Source: Macrostomum lignano (lineage: Eukaryota). From it: a stretch of 64,000 nucleotides of DNA. Each line of letters opens with the position of its first letter. The stretch's first letter is position 1. This document shows positions 13,021 through 25,000 of the stretch, one piece after another. The position numbers and the translations under genes are program-made. The DNA is taken from NCBI GenBank assembly GCA_002269645.1, contig NIVC01000446.1:372001-436000 (forward strand), written 5' to 3'. Under the pieces are notes generated by a model, which did no database searches, was not told where the DNA came from, and worked only from the letters and a program-made list of their open reading frames with translations.

Positions 13021-16000
13021 TAGATAGAGAGAGATCTGTAGAGGGATAGAGGCAGTTCTCCCTCCATCTGGATCTCTCTTTAATGTAGCCAGACTCCGTG
13101 ACATACGGAGGGATCTAGAGTGACAGACGGAAAAGAACATGGACGGTTAATTTATTACGAAACGACTGTGGTAACGTATTCCTTGGGTATATTAAAAGGG
13201 TCGACCTCTACAAACGAGCTCATTACCCTCGTTAGCCTTTTAACCCTCGAGGGTTGTTACTTTTCCACCCATGGTATGTATAACCACGATCAGTTTCTAT
13301 GATGCGACGAAGACGAGGGCCCCATAGGCCTTCCCAGTAGAAACTAAGCCGTCCCCTAGGCGGCTTTGCCGCCTTCGCCAGCACCTCCGACGGTGGCTTC
13401 TGCGCTGACGCTGGCCGCCCGCTCGGCGGCGTTGCCGCCTTCGCTGGCCGCCCCCTCGGCAGTGTTGCCGCCTTCGCTGGCCGCCCCCTCGGCAGCGTTG
13501 CCGCCTTCGCTGGCCGCCACCTCGTCAGCGTTGCCTCCCGAGGATGCTTCACTGACATCGTCGCCGTCGTCGCAGGCGTCGACGCCTGCTTCAGCAGCTG
13601 TGCCATCCGAGGGCTCCGTGGCGGTGGCCGCTTCCCCACGGGAAGTCGCGGCCTGGATGTAGTATGGATTTTGTGAGAAAGCAGTGACACCAGTTATATA
13701 CCGTTTGCTTAATGACATCCGGCAGATGAATTGTAGTCATTGAGCTAAAATACAATTATTCACGTGCCACTCTCTACGGACATTTATGTAGTGTAACTGT
13801 AAACATTCCAGGGCGCTCCGATCGCATATTGACTCACCTTCTTCCGCGAGCGCAGATTAGACTCGGCGACACGCTTGTACGCCAAGGCGTACATCGGAGG
13901 GCGGATGACAACTCCGTGGTTTGAGAGGAAGCTGCAGATGGCCTTCTTCTTCCGCTCGTCCACCGCCGGCTTCCCCAAGCCCTTTGCCGTCTTGCCGGTG
14001 TACGACCTCCTCCGTAGTTCCCGCGGCGTGAAGACGGCCCTGTATGTCTCACGCAGCGCAGCATCGGCCATGCGCTCCACATTAGGCCCTTCTGCACGCT
14101 TTGCACACTTGTACCCGTCCACAGCGGCCATCATGCGCCGATAGGCCAAGTGCGCGACGGTCACACCAGGGTAGGCACGGCTGATGGAGACGCGTTGCTC
14201 GACTACTGGCACGGGCTCCGCGGCTTGGACCTCACTGCGGGCAGGCGGGGTATCGTGGGTCGTGGTCCTGCACGACGTGGCTGTCGTGGCCGACGACGCG
14301 TTGCGGTTCGTCAATGCAGGGACGGTGGAATAGTCGACATGTACGACTCCCGCCATGTCCCACGATACAGGTGCCGTACAAGTATCGTCCCGCTGTAGGG
14401 CGGCCTGCAGGGTTGTAACCGCAGTTTGGCAGCCTGTCTGCAGTTTGGAGCAGTAGGCCATGATGACTGCGGCCTGGTCCGTGGCGTCCTGCGCCGACGC
14501 GTGCCCCTTCGTCGCGGCCTCCTTTGCAGACTCATACGCCTTGCGGTACTCCGCTGCCTCCAACTTTGCAGCTGCCAGCTGGTCCTGCAGGGAGTCCCGA
14601 GCCCGCCGCAGCTCGTTCCGCTCGGCGTCCTGCAGTGCCTCCTGGCTCTGCGCAGCGGCACGTAGGGTCGACAGTTCCTGTGTGTATCGTTCGCACTGCC
14701 TGCATCCCGAGCGAGGCACATGCACTGCGGCCTGCTGGGGGAGGATGGCGAGGCAGGCAGTGAGGCCGGCCTGCGCTGCGGCTTTCGTCGCATGGGGGCC
14801 TCGTACAAGGCGGACGCGATACGCCTTACCGCCCCTTGCACACTTCATGTGCACAATGTCATCCTCCTTGTGTATTGGAGGCTCGCTGGTCGCGCCCTCC
14901 GGTACAATTGCAGCCTCGCTGTAGACACCGATTTTCCCGCCGTCCGCGATGCCAAACTCTACAATCCACCACCGAGGCTTCTCAGGTGGAGTCGTCGCCG
15001 GACGAGCGGCCTTCTTTGCCTGCACAGCGGCCGGCTCGTGCAATGCTCCGCGAGGTCGACGGCCGGCATTTCTCTTTCGAGTCGTGGAGCTCTCGTCCGT
15101 AGACATTGCGGCTGTAGTTCTGCAAAATGAGGGGAGTGTTCCCATTCAGCCTCCCTCTAGATGGAAGCTCTAGCGGATCTGGAGCTTGATCTCCATAATG
15201 TGCCACACATCTATGCACAGGAAACTGTTGATATCGTACTATAGTGTGGGTCCACTTAATGGGCTTATTTCCAAAAAAGACTTCTACGTACCTCATTCAT
15301 CAATCTGCAGTAGCAACAGTTATATTTTACATAGAGGGGAGAGAGGTGAGAGAGACCGGGAGAGAGAGGTGGAAGAAAAATAAACAGGAATAAAGCTGAG
15401 ACGGGAAGTAGACAGGCAGAGAATCTAGCTTGTCTATTCAAAGACTGCGTTTCTTTGCGTCATCAGGGGTACGCCTGATGTCTTCCCTAGTCTGGGTTCG
15501 ACCCTGAATGCAAGTTGCTAAGGAGAAGGACACAGATAGTACATTTGGAAATAAAGCGATTCTGCCTACCCCTATGAAATGTGCAATCAAAGCATTGTGT
15601 CCGGCCTGTACCGGTACACCTACCAGTGCTTTGCATTTATATACGTGTGTGATGCTATATATGGTGGTACCTATATATATATCGGTATATATATACCATG
15701 TGATTCACGATCGTGGATCACATTTGGGGCTGCAGAATTTCGTGTGAATTTCTCCCCTGCTGTACATGCAACAGGCTTTGCGGCAATGGGATAAGTATAT
15801 ATAGTAGACTAACGATGAAACGCTGTGTTCGTTATATAATTCGTTATATTTGTTCGTTATATTTGAAGTATTACTTACAGGTAGATGTAACAACTGGCTC
15901 GAAAATCACAACATATATATGTCTCGCCTGTGTCTGCATTTTCATCTGCTGGAACATCCGTGGGGCCTCCCGGAAGCCCTTTCCTTCCATTCCGTGCTTC

Positions 16001-19000
16001 CTACGCTTATTTCCTACGCCTATCCTACTTCTGCTATATGGTAGAAAATATGTGTATAGAATTCTACGTTTCGAAACGTACTATATATGTGGTACACTGA
16101 TGCTGCGCATGTTCCTGCAGATGAAAATTGCAGACACAGGTGAACAACACAAAAGATGGGATAGTAATTAAGGTGACACGCAAAAATGTGGGTATACAGA
16201 CAGACAAATATTAAGGTTTGAATTACTACTTACAGATAGACGTGAAAAACGAGCGAAAAGCGCAACGTAAAGCACGCAAAAAAGGTAAAAAGCACGCAAT
16301 GGAGGGACAACGCTTCAGCTTCAACCCATAGTCCTCAGTAGGACGATAAAACTGATTGAGGATGTAAGGCGAACTTGGCAGTTATCCAAAAAATATATCT
16401 TGGTAAAGAACTGTGGCTTGAAACATGTGATGAAAATGTATGAAAAATGACGTTGTAAGTGTAATTTACGAAATATTTGTCACGCTCCTTTGAAATGCAT
16501 AGTACTGTTCCACCGAAAATACGTGCCACGACTTACAGAGGTGTACCGTCACAAAAAATGCTACGGTAGACTCACGTCCTACAAGTACTGGCATGACGGG
16601 GTGTAAAGACAAATAACAGACATAGAGAGGCATACAAAGTGTCATAAGCAAGGAGAAATGAGGTGCATAAAAACAGCTGTAAAATGGTGCACCGTGCCCT
16701 TGTAAACCCTTGTGCAATTTAACGAATGAAATGTGCCACGGGAACTTGGGTAAAAAAATTTGGGCAAAAAATTGTGGCATTGGAACACACCGGGCCACAT
16801 GACAGGAAGGGAAGGGGCAGTAAATAGCCCCAAACGCATATGCATATGTGCGCACATATGGCAAGGCCTGGCGCGGCATACCGTATAGCTATGCATAGAT
16901 TGCTGGAATATTGTTGTAAATGCGTAATTATAAATACGTTGACGAGGTGTGGGAAATGCATTGAACACTGTGTGCAGCGTACATGGGAAGCAGGGAATTC
17001 CCTTCGAAACTAGTTTCGAAAGTAGACGCTATCTTGCTTTGGCATGACACAGCTAAGCACAGTTTGCCAAAAGGAAATTAAAGTAGCTGAAATTCCAGCA
17101 GCTGCGGCCGGCGTGTTTCACGACAGAGACAACTTCTTAGTCCGGCCCATATAGTGCGTCACAACCGCTGACGAAATGCAGCAGTGAATGTGACGAAAAG
17201 ATTTACGTGTCCCCAAGAAATTTCGAGCCTGCATAAGCTTAAGCTGTCTTGTATGTCGGCCTTTTATTCGACGGCAACCCAGCCCGACAATGTCCATGAT
17301 TACTATGCACGCACAGTGAGCATGGACAGTCATGCATGTACATGTACATGACATGTCAATCAGTTATGTCACTCAGTCGCTCAGGTGAGCTAGTCATTCA
17401 GCATGGACACTGACTGACTCATTGATGACGAGTCGAGCTCGACTGCTGATCGGCGTGCCGCCATGGAAGCGGCTCCGGGATGGCGACGTGCAGGCGGAAC
17501 GGCCGATCCTGGTTGGCCCCCTCCGTGGCGGCCCGCCACAGATCGACGTTGGTAACGGCCTCCTCCTCCCACGGCCTCAGCCACGACAGCCAGGGACAGC
17601 TATTCGCCAGCTGTGTCAGGACGCATACGGTCAGCCGGACGTCCTGCAGGGAGAGCCGGCGAAGGCCCCTGCCGACGGCACTGGTACACAGGACGACCAC
17701 GCCGTCGTCGGAGAGGTTGGGGCACTGGGCGATGAACAGCTCGTGCAAGTCCGGAAGGCCCAGCTGGACAGGCCGCTCGCCACTTATAGCGGACCAGCCC
17801 TGCGTGGTGACCAGCCGGCAGTCGTCCAGGTGCAGGGTGTGCAGGCGAGGCAGCTGCGTCAGTAGACATTCCAGCAGCGCGTCTGTGCAGCAGATGTCGG
17901 ACAGAGACACGTGGCTGAGTTCTGTGGAATGGGGAATTCCAATTTCCAGTGTTCAGCGACTGGTCCCCCCAGCGCTATGGTTCGTTTACGGTACGGTAAG
18001 GCTCGTACTGACGGCCACGAATGAAACTCACCCCTACAGCCAGTGACTGCATGCACGAAATCGTCACCCGTACAGCGAAGAAACTGGCCGGGCGCGACGG
18101 TCAGGAGCTGCAGGGCCGACGGCATTGGCTGTCGGGCGTGGCCCGAAGCATGGTCGTGGAGGCGGGCTGGCGAGTCGAAATCCGCCAGGATGATGAGCTC
18201 CACCAGCTGCGGCTGACGGGCGGCCAGCAGGTACCCCTCAGCCCGGAGTCGGCGACACCGGAGCAGCGTCAAGCTCCGCAACCCCGGCCACGCCGCGAGA
18301 AGGAGCCGGAGGCCGCGGTCCGTCAGTTGGACGCAGTTCTCGAGGACGCATTTGCGCAGCTGGCTGCCGTTGCGGCCGACGGACCCTGACAGCTGCGCAG
18401 CGAGCTCGTCGCAAATGGTCGTGCCGCCGATGGTCAGCTCCTGCAGGCTGGGCAGACCGGCAGTGACAACCAGCAGTCCTGTGATATTGGTGAATTGTTG
18501 GAGTGAGTAGGAGAGGCATTTAGTATTTTGCCCATAAGTACGAGTGGCATTTTGTAGGAGTCGCATTATGCGCAGGAGAAATAAAATCGCGTACAAATTG
18601 ATCTCCTACACGATGGAACACATACCAGCACTGGCGCCACAGTGATCGACTCTGACAAGGCCGCCCAAACAGCTGCGACATCTGTCCGACTGCAGGGCGT
18701 CGTCGACGGCCGAAAAGCCCTCGAAAGCCAGCCGCACCGACGAAAGCCGGCACAGCAGTCGGCGGAACAGCGGTTCGCAAGTGCAGAGATCCGCCAGGGC
18801 TCCGACATCGTCAAGCTCAATGTGAGCGAGGTGTGGACAGCCGTCTATAAGGGTCCTCAGCGCCTCGGCCGTCAGCATGCCTCGGCAGTCCAGGAGGCGG
18901 AGATGACGCAGACGGGGGCAGCCACGGCCGGCGGCGACCAGCGGATTGACCGCTGACTGGGTGCAGTCAATCGCCGTCAGCAGCAGGCCCCGGAGGTTGG

Positions 19001-22000
19001 GGCAGTCCCTCAGCAGGAGCGACAACTGCTCCATCGTCGCGTCTGTGGGTTGCGAAAGGAAGCCGAATTCGACTTCCCGCACCGAGGCCGCCAGCCTCTC
19101 CGTAACGCGAGTGAGAACGTCCGAGTGCGGGTCGGCCTCGAGTACTGCTGGGTCGAGTCGCAGTCGTGGCCACAGTAGGGGTTGCATTGCCAACTCGTGC
19201 CAGCGACGGCTCACCCGTGCGCACCGCAGGAGGCTCTGTAAATCCAGCGAAGCGAAAATCCGCGTAATCAACTCCGCTGGCAGCGCGTCCATGGTGTAGG
19301 GCTGCAATGTTCGTAGGGATATTCGTTCATTACCGACGAGCGACAAATTTGAGAGGCACACTTTGAAGCAGTGGCGTGTCTAGGGCGATACGGGGATATA
19401 TCCCCCCCATTATAAGAAAATTTTGTATAGCACACATTCTCCGCTAATCAGTAAATAATTTCACCTTTTATAAATTAGACAAATAAATTAAATTGTACAG
19501 GATTCATACTGGTGCCGTTCTGGTACAGCAAGTGGATAATTTCAGCCTAATCATGAGTTTAACTAATTAATCTGGCCCTTTGGTACCACTAATCTATATT
19601 ATCCTTTCTTTCCCGAAATAAACTTTCCAAAAATAGTTATTGTCGTGTTGTGTCGAAAATACAAAAAATCATATACAGTATTTATGTACCCTAATTTTAA
19701 TATATTTCTATATAGATACAAAGCCTAAAACTGTAGAGAAACATTTTACTATGAAGAAACACAAATTTATTACTTTTGAGCAGCATGCTAAGTAACGTAA
19801 GCAGCGAATATACTATCAAGATGAATATTGTCGACCTCCTTTTGGTCTTGTGGCTTTCGAAGTATAAGTACATTTGTACAAAATACAATTCCAGTTACTA
19901 AGCTATTTTGCATGAACTAAAATGAATAGTATTTTAAGCATATTCTAAAAAGCCTATATGCGCTCTAATTACTGTAAGGAACGATCTGCTCAGAATATGG
20001 GATTAGCTCATTCCTAAAACAACACAATTGGAAATAAAAGCATATATAACGATATTTACCAGATACAACAAAACAACTTTAAGCTGCGATAGAAGAATCC
20101 GCTCGGTCTAATATTTCTGCGTTTAATAAATGCCTGCAAAAAAAGCTATTTGCAGTGCAAGTAAACAAGTTCAAATTCTATTTACTATACAGAACATGAT
20201 AAATCCTACGAGTAAATTAAAGCTTAACATAATTTTCATGTCAAAATAGCATAAGTCTAATTTTTACTACACTAGTATATTTTTTAATTGCTGTCTTGCT
20301 GCATAGTAAGATAGTGAGAAGTCATTATGGCCTAATGAGGTTAGTAGTGAACACCAGAGCATGCAAATAAAAATAAAAAAAGAATGCAGATGGAGAAGTC
20401 GTTAGAGAAAAAGGACAGTTTCTTCTCTGAGTATAATAATAAATGTGTAAATGATTGCATTCAGCTAAAGCATCAGGCATAAAAAGAGTTAATAAATAAT
20501 GATGACCATGCAAAAGAGAAGCATACACACACATGCGCGCGCGCAGTTGAGCCACACTGCGGCAATACACCGTGAAGACAGAAGGCAGGTTAACACATTT
20601 TCTTCTAATAAAGAGGGACGAAAACAAGGCAGACAAAAATATTAGTAGAATAAAGGTAGATCCCACGTCAAGAAAAAGGGAAAATAACACAGATCATACA
20701 AACTCTGACACAAAGGATTGGATTTATCCTTCCCTTTTCCTTTTTGCTTTCGTGATGCTGCTATATAGCTATAGTAAAATTGAAAGCATATACATATTGT
20801 TAGGTTTACATTCTAGAAATACATACAGGCAAAAACAGAATGATCTAAAACATCCACAAACATATGTATGTCTATTTTAAATAAGACTTTATTTATAAGA
20901 CGGCTATAGACCGGCTATGGCGGAGTGAGACCTCTAAGTAAAAAATGCCTCAAACAGCATGTCGTTAACTGACTGAGTCCCGGCTGAGTCCCGACTGGGA
21001 CTGCAACTCAGGGGAAATATGCTCTCCTACGCCCCTTTAGCTCCCAGCTGTCCGAAACGGCACGCTAATATTCCTTGTGTATACCGTAATTACTAAGCCG
21101 CTACCGTACCTATATGGTAGCAACATTGGTAGCAGTGTGCCACCGGCTTACAAGGAAAACAATAGCGCAGCAAAAGTAAAATAGCGCAGGTAAAATTTGG
21201 CACCTAAGAACTGTTTTCACCATATATTCACGCACTTTTCCACAAAGGTGGTACAATGCAGCCAAAGATTGTACTCAGAAAGTCGGCAGATCGAACTAGC
21301 CATCTTACAAACAGACCATCAAAGCCTGCTCACTATAAAATAAAAGTTATTCACAAGGGACAATCTATCACTTCACAATTATGACACTACATCACTCCTA
21401 GTTAGCACCCAGCGCGTGGCATTATATACAGATACGTCCATTTACGCCTCTTGGTCACTTGATATTTGCTGTATGGACATGGAATTGGAAATGTGTAATG
21501 ATCAAAAGCCGCTCAAAATCACGATTAACGATTTACGATTAACGATTTAACGGTCATGACGTTCTAATCGCGGTGGAAAATAAACACGGCCAATTTACAT
21601 GGGGGGGACCGGCAGACCGTTCTTACGGCTCCTTACACGAAGTAGAACGGAATGACAAGCAAATAAATGTAAACTACAGGTGCACACATTCCGGTGTCTG
21701 TGTTTAGCTGGACCTGCACTTTCCATCAGTTTTTTTGTGCGTTAAGTGGACCACCCCCAGGGCGAAAGGAATTAGGAGATTATTGAATGAACCTGCCGCA
21801 TCCTGTATGCTTATATTATGTGACTCTCATAGGCTTTAGTCAATAAAAAAATTTCATGACGTCATTTGCCCTCGATTGCGTGGACCACGCTTATTATATA
21901 ACTAGTCAGTTGTAGCTGTGTACTGTGCACAATGTGCACAATGTCTAATGGGATTTAGATACATCGATTATTGTACTTGCGCCTCTGTTACCATCACGTG

Positions 22001-25000
22001 ATTAATATTACAGATTCCAGGCCATTCATTGGGGTCCCAATAAACTACAATGAAAGCAGCCAGAAAGGCAAAAACGGGTAATGTACGTAAGGAGTCCAGG
22101 TGAACGGAGAGGTCTAGCTAGACCGGAAAAATCTGATGAAAAGTGCACGTAAACACACACACCAACACGAGGGACTCGTACAGTTCCAAAGGAAGGTTTG
22201 CACAGGTGGCACAGTCAATTGGCAGACGCAGGATGTCAAGCCGAAAAGGAAAATTGCACATGCGGAAGGAACGCGACAGCCGAGTTGGAGACGCAGCAGC
22301 TGGCCACCACCGTGCCCGCCAGTGGGTCCAGGTCGAAATAATACTGCGACACGCGGACGAACGGGTCGTGAACGAGGCGCCGCACGTGAGCTAGGGCGCA
22401 CCCACCCTGCAGCCGGTTACCGCTGAACTGGTACAGTGGGTTATCCCGTGGCTCAACGTGTTTCTCCGTTAGCAATGGGCGCATACGAAGTGTGACGCGC
22501 TCGCGGTCGTCCAAGTTGATGGTCTCGATGCGAGCAAAGTGGAACTGCAGCAGAGGCTCGGACCGCGTGGCGTAGGCTATGAAGCATGACGCGAACTTGG
22601 CAAATCGAAGCTGAGGTCGGAACACCTCGAACGTCATTCCGCCGGGCAGCGTTACCCGGGTGTAGGCGCGGCGGGTGCGCGCCCGTCGGTAAAGACGCGC
22701 GCCTTCTGCGGTGACAACGGCCGGACGACCTACTGCTCTGCTCTTGGAGAACGGCGACTCCACACCCAGCTCCGCCGCCAGATGACGATGAGCAACCTAA
22801 ATGTGAGCACGAGATAGGGATAGGGGGATGGCCAGCTCCACTCCCTCGTCGGCAACGTAGAATGCCCCACCCCCACCAGTCAGACTGTGAGACATATTGC
22901 AGACAATATATAGGATTAAGCATCATTTGGCCTCACGTGCCGCGTGATCAGCCGTACGGCCTGCGCTGCCACGTGTCGCGAGCCGTGAATACGCGCCCGA
23001 AGCCTCGCATGGTGCGATTCGAAGAGGCCGGCCGACAGACGGTGAATGGGACCGAACAGGTGTGCGAAGGAAACAAAATGTTGACACACTTGATGGGCGT
23101 TGTAGGTCATAGAGCTCTCCGTGTACAGGGCCCGCAGATTGACGTAAAAATGCTGCAGTGACGCCTGCGCCCTCAGCACCTGCATCAGCGGCCCGCCGTC
23201 CAGTGACAGCCAGAAGATGCTGGCAGAGAGCAGCATGAAGTGCTGATAATACCTGGCCAGGTATGGATATGGGGTATGACGGGTACTATGTGTACTGTGT
23301 GTAACTAAATAGCTACGGACAGGGTACTAACAATTTACTTACTGAATTGTTAGTAAATTGTTCGTACCTTGTCCAGTAGCAACTTAGTAACAGATGGCAC
23401 GTGTGTGCGACACTTGACAGTACTGTCAAGTGTCGCACACACTTGTCATCTGTCCTGGAATGCATGTATCCATGGTACATAAAGTCCGGCGCGCAGCTTT
23501 AAAATCTAGATAAATTTACCTACGCTCCAGAAGGGACTCGAGCACGATGGGCCCGTAGACGAAAAGCCATGCCTCCAGTTCGTGACCACGCCAGTGACCC
23601 AACTCGCGAAGTGTTCGCGGCGCTCGCTGGTGACTCACAGGAACGTGGATACCAGACATGATTGCGTCCGCCTCCGCGATACGGCGGGATAGGTCGGGCG
23701 CCGGGCAGTTCCTGCATTAAATGCGAGGCAGCTCGTTGTTGGTTACTTTGCAACATAGCACGTATATGCATACCCACGTCAGGCCAAAAGGGTGAATCAT
23801 GCCATTTAGGTCATATTCCTATGAAATGCTACGACGGTTACATTATCAGTATGGAAACGCTCAAATACGTAGGAGCAGGCACTTACTTCGACGGTTTATT
23901 TTTAGGCGTAAGAAACAGCTGCCTGAGAAGCCACCCCACGAGACCGGCGCACAGCTGGTGCAGATAGCACGGTGGACAGGACATGATGTAATCGAAGCCA
24001 TGCAGCTCGATTAGAGGCGAGACAGCCATGACGCCCAGGTTGTCGTCCTTGCCGGGCGGCTTGGTGCGGTGCAGCATGATGGTGTCCGCGAGTTCCCGCA
24101 CCTCCGGTCGCTGTACGCCAGCGTCCACTGCCAGCTTCCTTGCAGCTGCCGACACCATCTCGGGATAGTAGCGGGAGTTTACTGCTGGTAGAGGGACCGT
24201 CATGGTGTAGCAGCTGCCGCACCCATGCTTGCCGTTGTGCTGCCGAAGTCCCGTAGCCTCAGCACGCTGAGGAGCGTCAAAGATGAACAGTAGGGGATGC
24301 AGACGAAGCCTACCGGCACGTGTCCCATCGGGCCCGCCGCCCCTGCTGTATGCCACGCCTGCGTTGCGAAGTTCGTTCAGAGCCGGGACTAACCGTGGCA
24401 GAAAGGCGGTGGAGCGGACTTTATGTTTGCAGGCCAACAAGCCGCAGATGACCATAAAGCGGCTCTTCATCTCTTCGGCAAGTTCGACGATGCTGAGGTA
24501 CACTGGAAACAGTTGCATGACGGTATTGCCAAACACAGGAAATCCGTCGACGTTCACGGCGTAAGTGAGGTCGGAGCGCTCTGCAAGGTGAATCGTCCGC
24601 TTGAAAGCCGTGTAGCAGGCACTACTTCCCAAGTGGAGACGGTCTAGGCAGATGGGCTGATCTACAGGGTAGACAACATGGCGCAGCATCCCACCAACCT
24701 CAATGTGGAGTCGGAGCTGCGCCGCGAAGTCGAATAGCCAGAACTTGGCGACGTTAGTGTCACCTAACGGTGCGTGGCACTGTGGACAAGTATTTGCACA
24801 GGGTTCATCAAGCTGGCTGCCACAATGCATACAAAACGAAGACGCATGGCTCCGCGCAAGGGACGAGCATTTCAAGAACTGGCTCAGATGGTACACGCTT
24901 GTAGGGATGTCTGCACCCTCCGGTAGTACAGCCTGTGTGTAGCACAGCAGGTTGCGAACTCCGCGTTGCGACAGGTTCTCCACGTCACTGAACATGTGCA

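Noticed and set aside
19400-22200. Possible additional cargo genes in the ORF-poor stretches of the giant element (also 11350-12700 and 15200-17400)
   Set aside because: Only short AT-rich ORFs without recognisable domains; small spliced genes cannot be excluded without RNA-seq. I saw no TnpB/Fanzor-like RuvC or viral motifs.
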